A stretch of DNA of 64,000 nucleotides from Verrucomicrobiota bacterium (GTDB lineage Bacteria > Verrucomicrobiota > Verrucomicrobiia > Opitutales > Opitutaceae): assembly GCA_030605125.1 (NCBI GenBank), contig JAUWBD010000002.1, positions 13,179 through 77,178 on the forward strand, read 5' to 3'. Positions 8,305 to 18,176 of this stretch are shown one piece after another. Position numbers and translations under genes: made by a program. Position 1 is the first letter of the stretch, and the number at the start of each line of letters is the position of its first letter. The notes under the pieces are model-generated. The model was not told the origin of the DNA, searched no databases, and worked only from the letters and a program-made list of their open reading frames with translations.

Positions 8305-10806
8305 TCAGCGGCCCGTCTTCACGCGCAGGACACCGAATGAACTCGCCGGCAAGGTGCGCGCAAAGGCGCCGTCCTTGACCTCGAGCGCCACCGCCTCGGT
8401 CCGCGGCGCGACGCGCCCGGGTTCCTCGAAGGTGTTGACCGCGCCGGCGTCGTCGCTCGCGAGCAAAGTCCACTCGGCCGCGCTCACGCCCTCGGGCAGC
8501 ACGCCCGCGGCGCCGGTCTCGACCCGCGCGGTGATCTCGACCGCGGACGGGTTGACCAAAAAGAAGACCCACTCGCCGGCGCGCTCGTCGCGGCCCGCCG
8601 CCACGTAGAGCGGCTCGCGCTTCAGGTCGGCGAGGCTGGCCTCGTGGACCAGCTGGTCGTCGATCCAGGCGCGGATCCGCGGCCCGCGCAGCTCGAGCCG
8701 CAGCTCATACCAGCGGCCCGTCTCGATCCGCCCCGGCGCCTCGGCGCGCGGCAGCCCGGGGATGTCGAGCGCGTGGCGCTGGTTTTCCCAGCCGCCGATG
8801 TTCCAGCGCGCCATGCCCGCCTCGCCCGCGCCGAAGTGGACGAGGAAGCCTTCGCGCCCGGAGAATTTGCGCGCCTTGAGCCGGAGCGTGTAGTCGCGCC
8901 AACCCTCGTCGCCGGCAAACGCGGCCCGGTCCGCCGAGGCGTCGTCGGTCTGCCGCAACACGCCGTCGCGCGTCTCCCACTTGCCGCGCAACAGCTCCCA
9001 AGCCGACGCGCCGCCGGCGAAGTCATCGCGGAACAGCACGCGGCCGTCGGCGGCGATCACCTCGACGTCGCGAAACTCGGCGCCGGTGTTCCAGGTGCCG
9101 AGGCCGATGCGCCCGCCGGCCGTGGGCGCGGGCGGCGGGGCGCCCGCCGGCTCGACGCTCGTGGGGAACACGCGGTCGGGCCGGTTTTGCCCGAAGAGCG
9201 CCTGCACGTGGTAGGACGCGGTGCGCAGCACCCGGGTCGAGTCGAACCAGATCAGGTTGGGCTCCCACTGCGCCCGACCGCGCTTGGCGAGGAGCGGGGC
9301 GTAGGCGGCCATCTCGACGACGTCCGCGTTGCGCAGGAGCCCGGTCATGTAGGCCGCCTCGGCCAGCGCCGCGCGATGCGTGCTGCGCCGCCCCGCCTCG
9401 TGCGCGGCGAACTCGCCGACGAAGACCTTCGGGCCGGCGCGGTCGTAGCGCGCGTAGCGGTCGGAGTTGGCCAACAGCCAGCTCGGCGGCACGTAGTAGT
9501 GCTCGTCCACGAGATCCGCCGGCACGCCCGCCTTGAAGCGATCCCAGGCGAACCGCCACAGGTCGTCGTCCACGAACGGGCCCGAGGTGCTGACGATCTT
9601 GATCTCCGGATGCCGCTCGCGGATCGCGCGGTGAAAGACGACGTAGCGGTCGAAGTATTCCTGGTTCCACTGCTCGTTGCCCACCGCGAGGTATTTCATG
9701 CCGAAGGGCTCGGCGCGCCCCATCGCCGCGCGGACAGCGCCCCAGCGCGAGGTCGCGGGACCGTTGGCAAACTCGATCAGATCGAGCGCGTCCTGCACCC
9801 AGACGCCGAGCTCGTCCATCGCGCAGTGCACCCCGCGGCGCGCCTGGCAGGCCATGCCGCAGTTCACCACCGGCAAGGCCTCCGCGCCGAGATCCTCGGC
9901 GAGCTGGAAATACTCGAAGAAGCCCAGCCCGTAGGTCTGGTGATACTCGGGCGAGCGCTCGTCGCGCCACAGGTTCCAGTTTTGCCGGCGCTCCGCGACG
10001 TCGCCCACCGTGTCCTTCCAACGGTAGGCGTTGGCCAGCCCGTGCCCCTCGACGATGCAGCCGCCGGGGAAGCGCAGGAAACCGGGCTTCATGTCGGCCA
10101 GGGCCTGCGCGAGGTCGGGCCGCATGCCGTTGCGGCGGCCCTTGAAGGTCTCGGCGGGGAACAGCGACACCATGTCGAGATCCGCCGCGCCGGTCTCGTG
10201 CAGGAGCACCACGAGGCGCGCCTTGGGATCGGCCGCCGCGGCGCGCAGCTCGACCTCGCGCTTCCGCCACGCGTCGCCGATCTGCTCGATCTTCGTGCCC
10301 GCCAGCCGCCGGCCGTCCTCGCCTTCGAGCACGACCTCGAGCGTCACGCTCGTCCCCGGATTCGCCGAGCGCGCGTGCACCGAAAAACGATAGACCGCGC
10401 CCTCGCGCACCGGGATGCCCGCGTCGAAGCCGTGGTTCGCCACGCCGTAGCCCTCGCCGGGCAGCTCGACCAGGAGGCGCAGGTAGTTCGGGTTGTTGGC
10501 GTGGAGCCCGTCGCCGCCGTGGATCGCCAGCTGCCCCCGCGCCGCGCCGCGGCGGATCTCCCGCCACGCGTGCAGGCGGTTGGCGTGCTCGAAGGAGCGG
10601 TTCTCGATCAACTCGCCGTAGAGACCGCCGTCGGCCGCGTGGTTGATGTCCTCGAAAAACAGGCCGTGCATCGTCGGCGCCACCGCGATCCCCGGCGCGC
10701 GCGCATCCACCCGCACCCGCACCTCCGTGGCGTGCACGCCGACGGCGGCGGCGGTGAAACCGAGGGCGACCAATCCGGAGACCGAGGACAGGCGAGGCAT
10801 CGTCAT
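8305..10806 (-). CDS. Alpha-L-arabinofuranosidase GH51 with inserted lectin/ConA-like domain, secreted
   Basis: GLFFEDINHAADGGLYGELI, LRFPGGCIVEG, AVGNEQW, DEHYY, FVGEFA, MAAYAPL; signal peptide after ATG 10806/10800. Confidence 0.9.
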   Translation of the reverse strand: MTMPRLSSVSGLVALGFTAAAVGVHATEVRVRVDARAPGIAVAPTMHGLFFEDINHAADGGLYGELIENRSFEHANRLHAWREIRRGAARGQLAIHGGDGLHANNPNYLRLLVELPGEGYGVANHGFDAGIPVREGAVYRFSVHARSANPGTSVTLEVVLEGEDGRRLAGTKIEQIGDAWRKREVELRAAAADPKARLVVLLHETGAADLDMVSLFPAETFKGRRNGMRPDLAQALADMKPGFLRFPGGCIVEGHGLANAYRWKDTVGDVAERRQNWNLWRDERSPEYHQTYGLGFFEYFQLAEDLGAEALPVVNCGMACQARRGVHCAMDELGVWVQDALDLIEFANGPATSRWGAVRAAMGRAEPFGMKYLAVGNEQWNQEYFDRYVVFHRAIRERHPEIKIVSTSGPFVDDDLWRFAWDRFKAGVPADLVDEHYYVPPSWLLANSDRYARYDRAGPKVFVGEFAAHEAGRRSTHRAALAEAAYMTGLLRNADVVEMAAYAPLLAKRGRAQWEPNLIWFDSTRVLRTASYHVQALFGQNRPDRVFPTSVEPAGAPPPAPTAGGRIGLGTWNTGAEFRDVEVIAADGRVLFRDDFAGGASAWELLRGKWETRDGVLRQTDDASADRAAFAGDEGWRDYTLRLKARKFSGREGFLVHFGAGEAGMARWNIGGWENQRHALDIPGLPRAEAPGRIETGRWYELRLELRGPRIRAWIDDQLVHEASLADLKREPLYVAAGRDERAGEWVFFLVNPSAVEITARVETGAAGVLPEGVSAAEWTLLASDDAGAVNTFEEPGRVAPRTEAVALEVKDGAFARTLPASSFGVLRVKTGR

Positions 10807-11024
10807 GGAAAACAAGGGGGTTGAGGTATGCTCCTGCGATTGCTCCGGCGGCCCCGCCACGGCAAACCCGATCACGCCGCGTCGGACGAAACGGCAAAGA
10901 CTCGCGCATCCGTGCGGCGCCCGGCCCGCCCGGCCTTGGCCTTTTCCGCCCAAAGCTTGATTAAAAGTCCTGCCCGGCAGCATTGCCGTTGCGGCGCGGC
11001 GGCGCCTGCGCTGCAACCACGCGC

Positions 11025-12056
11025 ATGCTTCCCGCCACGTCGCCCCGCCGTGTCGCCCTCCTCTCGCTGGTTTTTCTGCCCCTCATGATCGCTCCGCCCG
11101 CCACCGCCGAGCCCGCCGCCGCCACCGGCGCGCCGCCGTCGTGGACCAATCCCCTCGTGCGCCATCGCGCCGACCCCTGGGTGCTTCGCCACGGCGACGA
11201 CTACTACTTCATCGCCACCGTGCCGGAATACGACCGCATCGAGCTGCGCCGCGCCCCGAGCCTCGCCGCGCTCGACGCCGCGCCGCCCGCGGTCATCTGG
11301 CGCAAGCACGCCTCCGGGCCGGCCAGCCATCACATCTGGGCGCCCGAGCTTCACCACCTCGACGGCAAGTGGTATGTCCACTTCGCCGCCGGCCGCGCCG
11401 ACGACATCTGGGCCATCCGCATGTATGTGCTCGAGTGCGCCTCGCCCGATCCGCTCGCCGGCCCCTGGATCGAGCGCGGGCAGATCAAGACCCACCTCGA
11501 CAGCTTCTCGCTCGACGCGACCACCTTCGAGCACCGGGGCGCGCGTTACCTCGTGTGGGCGCAGCACGACCCCGAGATCGGCGGCAACACCTGCCTGTTC
11601 ATCGCGCGCATGGACACGCCCTGGAGCATCGTCGGCCGCCCCGCCCGCCTCTCGAGCCCCGAGCATCCTTGGGAGACGGTCGGCTTTCGCGTCAACGAGG
11701 GCCCCGCGGTCCTCGTCCGCCACGGGCGCGTCTGGATCGCCTACTCCGCCAGCGCCACCGACGCCAACTACTGCCTCGGCCTGCTCGCGGCCGACGAGCA
11801 CGCCGACCTGCTCGATCCGCGCTCGTGGAAAAAATCCCCCGCGCCCGTGCTCGCCACCGACGAGGCCGCCGGCGTTTTCGGCCCCGGGCACAACAGCTTC
11901 ACCACCCTGCCCGACGGGCGCGACGTGCTCGTGTATCACGCCCGTGAATACCGCGACATCGCCGGCGATCCGCTCGCGAACCCCGACCGGCACACCCGGG
12001 CCGCCATCCTCGGCTGGTCCCCCGCCGGCGAGCCGGTGTTTTCCTTCGGCCCCTGA
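11025..12056 (+). CDS. GH43 alpha-L-arabinofuranosidase/xylosidase, secreted
   Basis: RADPWV, IWAPELH, SLDATTF, VNEGP, GPGHNSF. Confidence 0.9.
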   Translation: MLPATSPRRVALLSLVFLPLMIAPPATAEPAAATGAPPSWTNPLVRHRADPWVLRHGDDYYFIATVPEYDRIELRRAPSLAALDAAPPAVIWRKHASGPASHHIWAPELHHLDGKWYVHFAAGRADDIWAIRMYVLECASPDPLAGPWIERGQIKTHLDSFSLDATTFEHRGARYLVWAQHDPEIGGNTCLFIARMDTPWSIVGRPARLSSPEHPWETVGFRVNEGPAVLVRHGRVWIAYSASATDANYCLGLLAADEHADLLDPRSWKKSPAPVLATDEAAGVFGPGHNSFTTLPDGRDVLVYHAREYRDIAGDPLANPDRHTRAAILGWSPAGEPVFSFGP

Positions 12057-12078
12057 GCGCCCCGCCCACTCCCGCCCC

Positions 12079-13068
12079 ATGATCCGCCCGCCCGCCCCGG
12101 GCCGCGCCGCCGCCCGCGCCCTCCACCCCCTCTACCGCGACCCCGTCCACGATGGCGCCGCCGATCCCGTCGTCGTCTGGAACGAGCGCGCCGGCGCCTG
12201 GTGGATGTTCTATACCAACCGCCGTGCGGCCGACCCCGCCCTGCCCGAGATCTCCTGGATCCACGGCACCCGCATCGGCATCGCCGCCTCGACGGACGGC
12301 GGGGAAACCTGGCGCCACCACGGCGAGGCCCGGCTGCCGCTTCCGCCGGAATACGGCCCGCTCGAGGAGCAGACCCACTGGGCGCCGGAAATCGTGCGCC
12401 ATGAGGACGCTTACCACCTGTATCTCTCGGTCGTGCCGGGCATCTTCATCGACTGGCAACACCCGCGCGCGATCCTCCACTTCACCAGCCCGGACCTCGA
12501 GAACTGGACCTACCGCTCCACTCTCCCGCTCGGCTCGGATCGCGTGATCGACGCCTGCGTCGCCCGCCTCGCCGACGGCCTCTGGCGCATGTGGTATAAC
12601 GACGAGCGGCTGGACAAAGCCATCGCCTACGCCGACAGCCCGGACCTCCACCAGTGGGTGGATCGCGGGCTCGTTCGCCTGCCCGGGCGTCGCCCCGGCG
12701 AGGGGCCGAAGGTCTTCGCCTTCGCCGGCTCCTGGTGGATGGTGATCGACGAGTGGTGCGGCCTCGCCGTTTACCGCTCGGCCGACGCCGCGAACTGGGG
12801 CCGCCAGCCGGGCGAGAACCTTCTCTGCCGGCCCGGCGTCGGCGAGGACGACGGGGCCGTGGGCCGGCACGCCGACGTGGTCGTCAACGACGGCCGCGCC
12901 TGGCTTTTCTATTTCACCCATCCCGGCAAACCGCGCGCCGGGGCCGCGCCCTCGCTCTGCGATCATCGCCGCAGCTCGATCCACGCGGTGGAGCTTCTCG
13001 TCGATCCGGAGGGCCGCCTCGTCTGCGACCGTGACCGCTCCCCGCCGCCGCGGCTCGTGGCCAGGTAG
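12079..13068 (+). CDS. Five-bladed beta-propeller glycosidase (GH43-like), no signal peptide
   Basis: DGAADP, HWAPE, VIDAC, EGPKV catalytic-type motifs. Confidence 0.75.
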   Translation: MIRPPAPGRAAARALHPLYRDPVHDGAADPVVVWNERAGAWWMFYTNRRAADPALPEISWIHGTRIGIAASTDGGETWRHHGEARLPLPPEYGPLEEQTHWAPEIVRHEDAYHLYLSVVPGIFIDWQHPRAILHFTSPDLENWTYRSTLPLGSDRVIDACVARLADGLWRMWYNDERLDKAIAYADSPDLHQWVDRGLVRLPGRRPGEGPKVFAFAGSWWMVIDEWCGLAVYRSADAANWGRQPGENLLCRPGVGEDDGAVGRHADVVVNDGRAWLFYFTHPGKPRAGAAPSLCDHRRSSIHAVELLVDPEGRLVCDRDRSPPPRLVAR

Positions 13069-13090
13069 GGCGGCACCGCCGGGGCCGCCG
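13065..13090 (+). repeat. REP-like hairpin with GTAG head
   Basis: GTAG-GGCGGC-ACCGCCGGG-GCCGCC; its TAG is the stop codon of the upstream gene. Confidence 0.5.
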
Positions 13091-13092
13091 CG

Positions 13093-13134
13093 TTGCCTCT
13101 CCGCCCTTGCCTCTCCGCCCTTGCCACTCCGCCG
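13093..13134. repeat. 14-bp tandem repeat x3
   Basis: TTGCCTCTCCGCCC twice, then TTGCCACTCCGCCG, between convergent genes. Confidence 0.85.
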
Positions 13135-13136
13135 CC

Positions 13137-14360
13137 CTACTCCGTCGCCGTTTCCGGCACCGGGATCAGCATCAGGTCGAGGCTCTTGCCGTCCGACAGC
13201 ATGCCCGACTGCACGAGGATGCGCGTCCCGTCGGGGCTGAAATTCGGGTGCGTGTGGTCGGGCTTCATCACGTGCCCCGTCGAGACGAGCCGGATCTCGC
13301 CCGTGCGCCGGTTGAGCAGGTGGATCTCGCCGTCGAAGTTGTCGCCCACCGCCCAGCGCCCGTCGGCCGTGCCGTGGCTGTGCCAGAAACCGTTTCCGCG
13401 GCTCGTCTGGCCGAGCGGCGTCACCTCCTCGGTGCGCAGGTTGATCGCCATGATGCCCGTCGGGCGCTTCCGCAGCTCGGGCGTGTGGCCCATGAGGTTG
13501 AAGATCAGCGTGTCCTTATCGACCACGACCTCGTGCGTCACCCAGTCGTGCTCCGCCTCCCGGAAGACCGGGCGGTTGTCGCTGCCGTCGCCGCGCACCG
13601 CCCAGATCCGCTGCGGCGCGTCGCCGCCGGTCTCGTTGCAATAGATGATCTCGCCCGGCACCCAAGGGTTCACCTGCACGTGGCCCATCAGGAACGGCGT
13701 GCGCAACACGACGCGGTAGTCGCCGCTCTCGAGATCGACCGCCGCGATGCCGCTCGGCACCTGAGGGATCGGCTTGCCCGGCTCGCGCGGCGGCGCGTCG
13801 GCGAAGCGCACGCCGAAGTAGGCCTTGGTGCCGTCCGCGTCGATGTCGAAGCCGCCCGCGCCCTTGTGCTCCGGGGGGAGTGTCGCGATCACGCGCTCGT
13901 AGGCCGCGCGCTCCTTCACCGCGCCCGCCGCGCTGTCCGCCAGCAGGGCCGCCATGTCCAGCACCACGAGCCGCTCGGGCTCGGGCGCCTTGCCCCGTAG
14001 AAAGTAGAGCCGCAGGTCGCGGCGCGAGACGTTGAGCGAGTAGGTGTTCACGTCGGGGCCGTCCGTGATCTGCACGATGTCGCCCGTGATCTCGTCCACC
14101 GCGTAGGCCTGCGGCGTGCGCGACGGGTTGCGATCGGAGGAGCGAAAGATCACGTGCCGCCCGTCCGCCGCCCACTGCGGGTGCGTCTGGTAGATTTTCA
14201 TGTCGTTGCTCGGCGCGCTGGTCAGCGCGACCAGCGTCCGGCCGGTCACGCGATCGACGAGCACGCGCCGCTCCGGCGGCGAGCGGCGGCCGAGCTCGGC
14301 TTCGGCCGCGTGGAGCGAGGGGAGGAGGGCCATCAACGAAAACAAGAGGGGCAAACGCAT
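13137..14360 (-). CDS. Oligogalacturonate lyase family (PL22/Ogl-like beta-propeller)
   Basis: Signal peptide MRLPLLFSLMALLPSLHAA; KIYQTHPQW, GHVQVNP, YCNETGGDAPQRIW, VTHE, FWHSH, HTHPNFSPDG. Confidence 0.8.
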   Translation of the reverse strand: MRLPLLFSLMALLPSLHAAEAELGRRSPPERRVLVDRVTGRTLVALTSAPSNDMKIYQTHPQWAADGRHVIFRSSDRNPSRTPQAYAVDEITGDIVQITDGPDVNTYSLNVSRRDLRLYFLRGKAPEPERLVVLDMAALLADSAAGAVKERAAYERVIATLPPEHKGAGGFDIDADGTKAYFGVRFADAPPREPGKPIPQVPSGIAAVDLESGDYRVVLRTPFLMGHVQVNPWVPGEIIYCNETGGDAPQRIWAVRGDGSDNRPVFREAEHDWVTHEVVVDKDTLIFNLMGHTPELRKRPTGIMAINLRTEEVTPLGQTSRGNGFWHSHGTADGRWAVGDNFDGEIHLLNRRTGEIRLVSTGHVMKPDHTHPNFSPDGTRILVQSGMLSDGKSLDLMLIPVPETATE

Positions 14361-14424
14361 AGGGGTTAGGGGATCTCGCCGCCGAGCCTCGCGCGCCCCC
14401 GCCCGCGACGCCACCCCCGGCTCA

Positions 14425-14437
14425 TCGAACCGTAAGA
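14425..14437. promoter_or_regulatory. Operator-like palindrome (motif A)
   Basis: TCGAAC-C-GTAAGA, 65 bp upstream of the Ogl start. Confidence 0.55.
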
Positions 14438-14448
14438 TTTCACCCACC

Positions 14449-14474
14449 TGGAGGGACGCCGTCCCCGGCGTCCG
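14449..14474 (+). repeat. REP-like hairpin with GGAG head, copy 1
   Basis: TGGAG-GGACGCCG-TCCC-CGGCGTCC-G; identical 26-mer at 20223-20248. Confidence 0.75.
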
Positions 14475-14585
14475 CGCCCCCGACGCGATCTTCCGCCTCC
14501 CCTGAGGCCATTGGCCGTAACATCGATCCCCCTCGTTCCGCGTAGCGGAACCGCACTCCCCAGCGGCGCTCATTGAGCCGCCGCA

Positions 14586-15299
14586 TTAGCGGTCAACTCC
14601 CTCCCGCACCGAGAACTCCCGCACCTCGATCCGCGACCACACGGTGCGAAACCCAAACCAGCCCTCGGTCAAGGGCTCCGGGTCCACGAAATCGAAAAAC
14701 ACCACGCCGTCCCGCGCCCACGTCGTTCGCCCGCCCTCCTCCACCGTGATCTCGATCCGGTAGGCGCGCCCCGCCTCGAGCAGAAACTCCGCGCCCGACA
14801 GATCATGCTCGGGCCGCAGCGGCCGCCCGCCCGCGCCATCGTAACGACGAAATCGCGTGGTGCTGTTCCCGTTGCCGCCGTGGCCCACGTAGTAGGTGCG
14901 CAGACCGTCATAGGTCTCGAACTTGCCCGTGCGCCCGTTCTCCTTCGCGAAAAAATCTCCCGGCGTCCTCGGGTCGGTCGCCATCCAAAAGCAGTTGAGG
15001 TCGGAGACGCGCCGCCCCTCGCCGCCCGTCACCGTAGCGATAAACTGGATACGCACCGGCGCCCGCAGCGGCTCGCGCCGCCAGACCGTGCAGCCCGCCG
15101 CGTCGTCGATCACCAGCACGCCGTCGCGCGCCGTCACCGTGCCGCCCGGCTGCTGCTCCACCACCCAGCCCTCGAGCCCACGAGCAAACCACTCCGCCGC
15201 CTCCTCCGCCGCCAACGACGCCGGCGCCGAATCCGCGGCGACCGCTCCCGCCGCGAGCCCGCATGCGGCACGCACGATCCTGGTTCCGGTTTTTTTCAT
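14586..15299 (-). CDS. ConA-like protein, DUF6250/YesU-like
   Basis: GCTVW, RVSDLNCFWMATDP, YYVGHGGNGNSTTRFRRY, GWFGFRTV; pectin-locus context. Confidence 0.65.
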   Translation of the reverse strand: MKKTGTRIVRAACGLAAGAVAADSAPASLAAEEAAEWFARGLEGWVVEQQPGGTVTARDGVLVIDDAAGCTVWRREPLRAPVRIQFIATVTGGEGRRVSDLNCFWMATDPRTPGDFFAKENGRTGKFETYDGLRTYYVGHGGNGNSTTRFRRYDGAGGRPLRPEHDLSGAEFLLEAGRAYRIEITVEEGGRTTWARDGVVFFDFVDPEPLTEGWFGFRTVWSRIEVREFSVREGVDR

Positions 15300-15345
15300 A
15301 CTGTAAACTTGGGCTTCCGTTGCGGTTGGCGCGAGGTTGTCCCGA

Positions 15346-15358
15346 CCTTACCGTCAGA
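15346..15358. promoter_or_regulatory. Operator-like palindrome (motif A)
   Basis: CCTTAC-C-GTCAGA in the divergent yesU-like/PL11 spacer; weaker copy TCATAC-T-GTAAAC at 15296-15308. Confidence 0.5.
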
Positions 15359-15384
15359 TTCGCCCCACCCTCCCCAACCACCCC

Positions 15385-17280
15385 ATGCATCCCCTGTGCA
15401 TTCGCCGGCGCCTCGCCGCCGGCCTCCTTTCCGTTCTCCTGTTCGCCGCGCCCTGCGTCGCCGCGCCGGCCCCCCTGGAAAAACTCCAGCGCGGGCTCGT
15501 CGCGCTGAAGCAGGAGAATGGCCAGGTCTTCGTCTCGTGGCGCCTTCTCGTCACCGACCCCGCCGCCACCGCCTTCAACCTCTACCGCACCAACGGCGAC
15601 GGCGCGCCGCGCAGGCTCAACTCCGCCCCGCTCGCCGGCCCCACCTCCTTCGTGGACGAGAACCCCGGCGCCGGCGAGCTCCGCTACTTCGTGCGCCCGG
15701 TGCTGCGGGGCCGCGAATACGACCCCGCCCCCGCCTTCACCCTCGCGGCCGACGCCCCCGCGCGCGCCTGGCTCGAGATCCCGCTCCAGCGCCCGGCCGA
15801 CGGCGTCGCGCCCGACGGCGCCACCTGGACCTACTCCGCCAACGACGGCTCCATCGGCGACGTGGACGGCGACGGCGTGCACGAGTTCTTCATCAAATGG
15901 GAACCGTCCAACGCCAAGGACAACTCCCAGCCCGGCGTCACCGGCCCCGTTTACCTCGATTGCTACCGGCTCGACGGCACCCTGCTCTGGCGCATCGACC
16001 TCGGTCGCAACATCCGCGCGGGCGCCCACTACACGCAGTTCATCGTTTACGACTTCGACGGCGACGGCCGCGCCGAGCTCGCCTGCAAGACCGCCGACGG
16101 CACCATCGACGGCACCGGCAAGGTCATCGGCGACGCCGCCGCCGACCACCGCAATCCGGGTGGCTACATCCTCCGCGGCCCCGAGTTTCTCACCGTCTTC
16201 GACGGCCTCACCGGCGCCGCCATCGACACCGTGCCCTACATCCCCGGCCGCCATCCCGACACCGAGAATCCGACCGGTGATCAGCTCAAGGAGGCCTGGG
16301 GCGACGGCTACGGCAACCGCGTGGACCGCTTCCTCGCCGGCGTCGCCTCGCTCGACGGCAAGACCGCCTCGCTGATCATGGCCCGCGGCTACTACACGCG
16401 CAGCGTCGTCGCCGCCTGGGACCTCCGCCGCGGCAAGCTCGTCTCGCGCTGGGTCTTCGATTCGCACGCCGGCCCCGAGGCGAATCGCGCTTACGCCGGG
16501 CAGGGCAACCACTCGCTCTCCGTCGCCGACGTGGACGGCGACGGGCGCGACGAGATCATCTACGGCGCCATGACCATCGACCACAACGGTCGCGGCCTCT
16601 ACTCCACCCGCCTCCACCACGGCGACGCGCTGCACGTCGGCGACCTCGACCCCACCCGCCCCGGCCTCGAGACCTTCTCCCCGCACGAGGCCCCGAAGGG
16701 CAACGGCGGCATCGGCACCTCCTTCCGCGACGCCAAGACCGGCCGCATCCTCTGGTCCACCCCCGCCGAGCGCGACGTCGGCCGCGGCGTCGCCTTCGAC
16801 ATCGATCCGCGCCACCCCGGCGCCGAGGCCTGGGCCTCCAACAACGGCAACCTCTACAACGCCAAGGGCGCGATCATCTCCGACAAGCGCCCCTCCTCGA
16901 TGAACTTCGCCGTCTGGTGGGATGGCGACCCGCTCCGCGAGCTCCTCGACCGCACCCACATCAACAAGTGGAACTGGGCCGACTCCACCGAGACCCGCCT
17001 CCTCACCGCCGAAGGCTGCGCCCACAACAACGGCACCAAGGCCAACCCCGTCCTCTCCGGCGACATCCTCGGCGACTGGCGCGAGGAGGTCGTCTGGCGC
17101 ACCGAGGACAGCTCCGCGCTCCGCATCTACGTGAGCACGATCCCCACGCCCCACCGCCTCGTCACCCTGCTGCACGACCGCCAGTATCGCTTCGCCCTCG
17201 CCTGGCAAAACGTGGGCTACAACCAGCCCCCGCACCCGAGCTTCGACATGGCCACGCGCCTGCGCACCCCCGCGCGATGA
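15385..17280 (+). CDS. Rhamnogalacturonan lyase PL11 (YesW/YesX-like), paralog 1
   Basis: EKLQRGLVA, YSANDGSIGDVDGDG, KWEPSNAKDNS, NIRAGAHYTQF, GHGD-type HHGDALH, NGTKANP, WQNVGYNQPPH. Confidence 0.93.
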   Translation: MHPLCIRRRLAAGLLSVLLFAAPCVAAPAPLEKLQRGLVALKQENGQVFVSWRLLVTDPAATAFNLYRTNGDGAPRRLNSAPLAGPTSFVDENPGAGELRYFVRPVLRGREYDPAPAFTLAADAPARAWLEIPLQRPADGVAPDGATWTYSANDGSIGDVDGDGVHEFFIKWEPSNAKDNSQPGVTGPVYLDCYRLDGTLLWRIDLGRNIRAGAHYTQFIVYDFDGDGRAELACKTADGTIDGTGKVIGDAAADHRNPGGYILRGPEFLTVFDGLTGAAIDTVPYIPGRHPDTENPTGDQLKEAWGDGYGNRVDRFLAGVASLDGKTASLIMARGYYTRSVVAAWDLRRGKLVSRWVFDSHAGPEANRAYAGQGNHSLSVADVDGDGRDEIIYGAMTIDHNGRGLYSTRLHHGDALHVGDLDPTRPGLETFSPHEAPKGNGGIGTSFRDAKTGRILWSTPAERDVGRGVAFDIDPRHPGAEAWASNNGNLYNAKGAIISDKRPSSMNFAVWWDGDPLRELLDRTHINKWNWADSTETRLLTAEGCAHNNGTKANPVLSGDILGDWREEVVWRTEDSSALRIYVSTIPTPHRLVTLLHDRQYRFALAWQNVGYNQPPHPSFDMATRLRTPAR

Positions 17281-18176
17281 GCTCCGCCCCGCCGTCGCTT
17301 CACCTCTTCGCCTACTTCACCGGCGGGGGCGAGGGCGGCCTGCGCCTCGCCGCCAGCCACGACGCCGCCGCCTGGCACCCGCTCGACGACGGCGCGCCGC
17401 TGCTCGCCCCCGCGCTCGGCGCGAGCCGCCTCATGCGCGACCCGCATCTCTCGCGCGGGCCCGACGGCGTCTTCCACCTCCTCTGGACCACCGGCTGGAA
17501 CGATCCCTTCATCGGCCACGCCTCCTCCCGCGATCTCCTCCACTGGTCGGAGCAACGCGCGCTCCCCGTGATGGACGCCTTCCCCGGCACGCTCAACTGC
17601 TGGGCGCCCGAGGCCATCCACGATCCCGCCACCGGCGAGCACCTCGTCCTCTGGTCCTCCACCGTGCCCGGCCTCCACGCCGCCACCGCCGGCCTCTGCG
17701 AAGACGCCTACAACCACCGCCTCTACGCCTGCCGCACGCGCGATTTCGCCCGCCTCTCGCCCGCGCGGCTTTTCTTCGACCCCGGCTTTCCGGTGATCGA
17801 CGGCACCCTGCTCCGCGCCCGCGGCGAGTGGCACCTCTTCTTCAAGGACGAGACGCTGCGCCCCGCGCCGCGCAAGACACTCCACCACGTCCGCGCCCCC
17901 TCGCTCGACGGCCCTTGGAGCGCGCCCTCCCCCGCCCTCGGGCCCGCCTGGGCCGAGGGCCCCGCCGCGCTCGACCTCGGCGACCGCGTGCTCCTCGTCC
18001 ACGACATGTATCGGGAGGGCCACTACGGCGCGCTCGTCTCCTCCGACCTCTCCTCCTGGGCCGCCCCCGCGTCCGGCTGCGCCCTCCCGCGCGGCTCCCG
18101 CCACGGCAGCCTGCTCACCGTTCCCGCCTCCGCCCTCGCCCCCGCGCTTCTCGCCCGTCTCCCCGCCTCCCCATGA
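17277..18176 (+). CDS. GH43-like beta-propeller glycosidase, no signal peptide
   Basis: ATGA overlap; LFAYFT, MRDPHL, CWAPEA, VIDGT, WAEGP, RHGS. Confidence 0.8.
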   Translation: MSSAPPSLHLFAYFTGGGEGGLRLAASHDAAAWHPLDDGAPLLAPALGASRLMRDPHLSRGPDGVFHLLWTTGWNDPFIGHASSRDLLHWSEQRALPVMDAFPGTLNCWAPEAIHDPATGEHLVLWSSTVPGLHAATAGLCEDAYNHRLYACRTRDFARLSPARLFFDPGFPVIDGTLLRARGEWHLFFKDETLRPAPRKTLHHVRAPSLDGPWSAPSPALGPAWAEGPAALDLGDRVLLVHDMYREGHYGALVSSDLSSWAAPASGCALPRGSRHGSLLTVPASALAPALLARLPASP

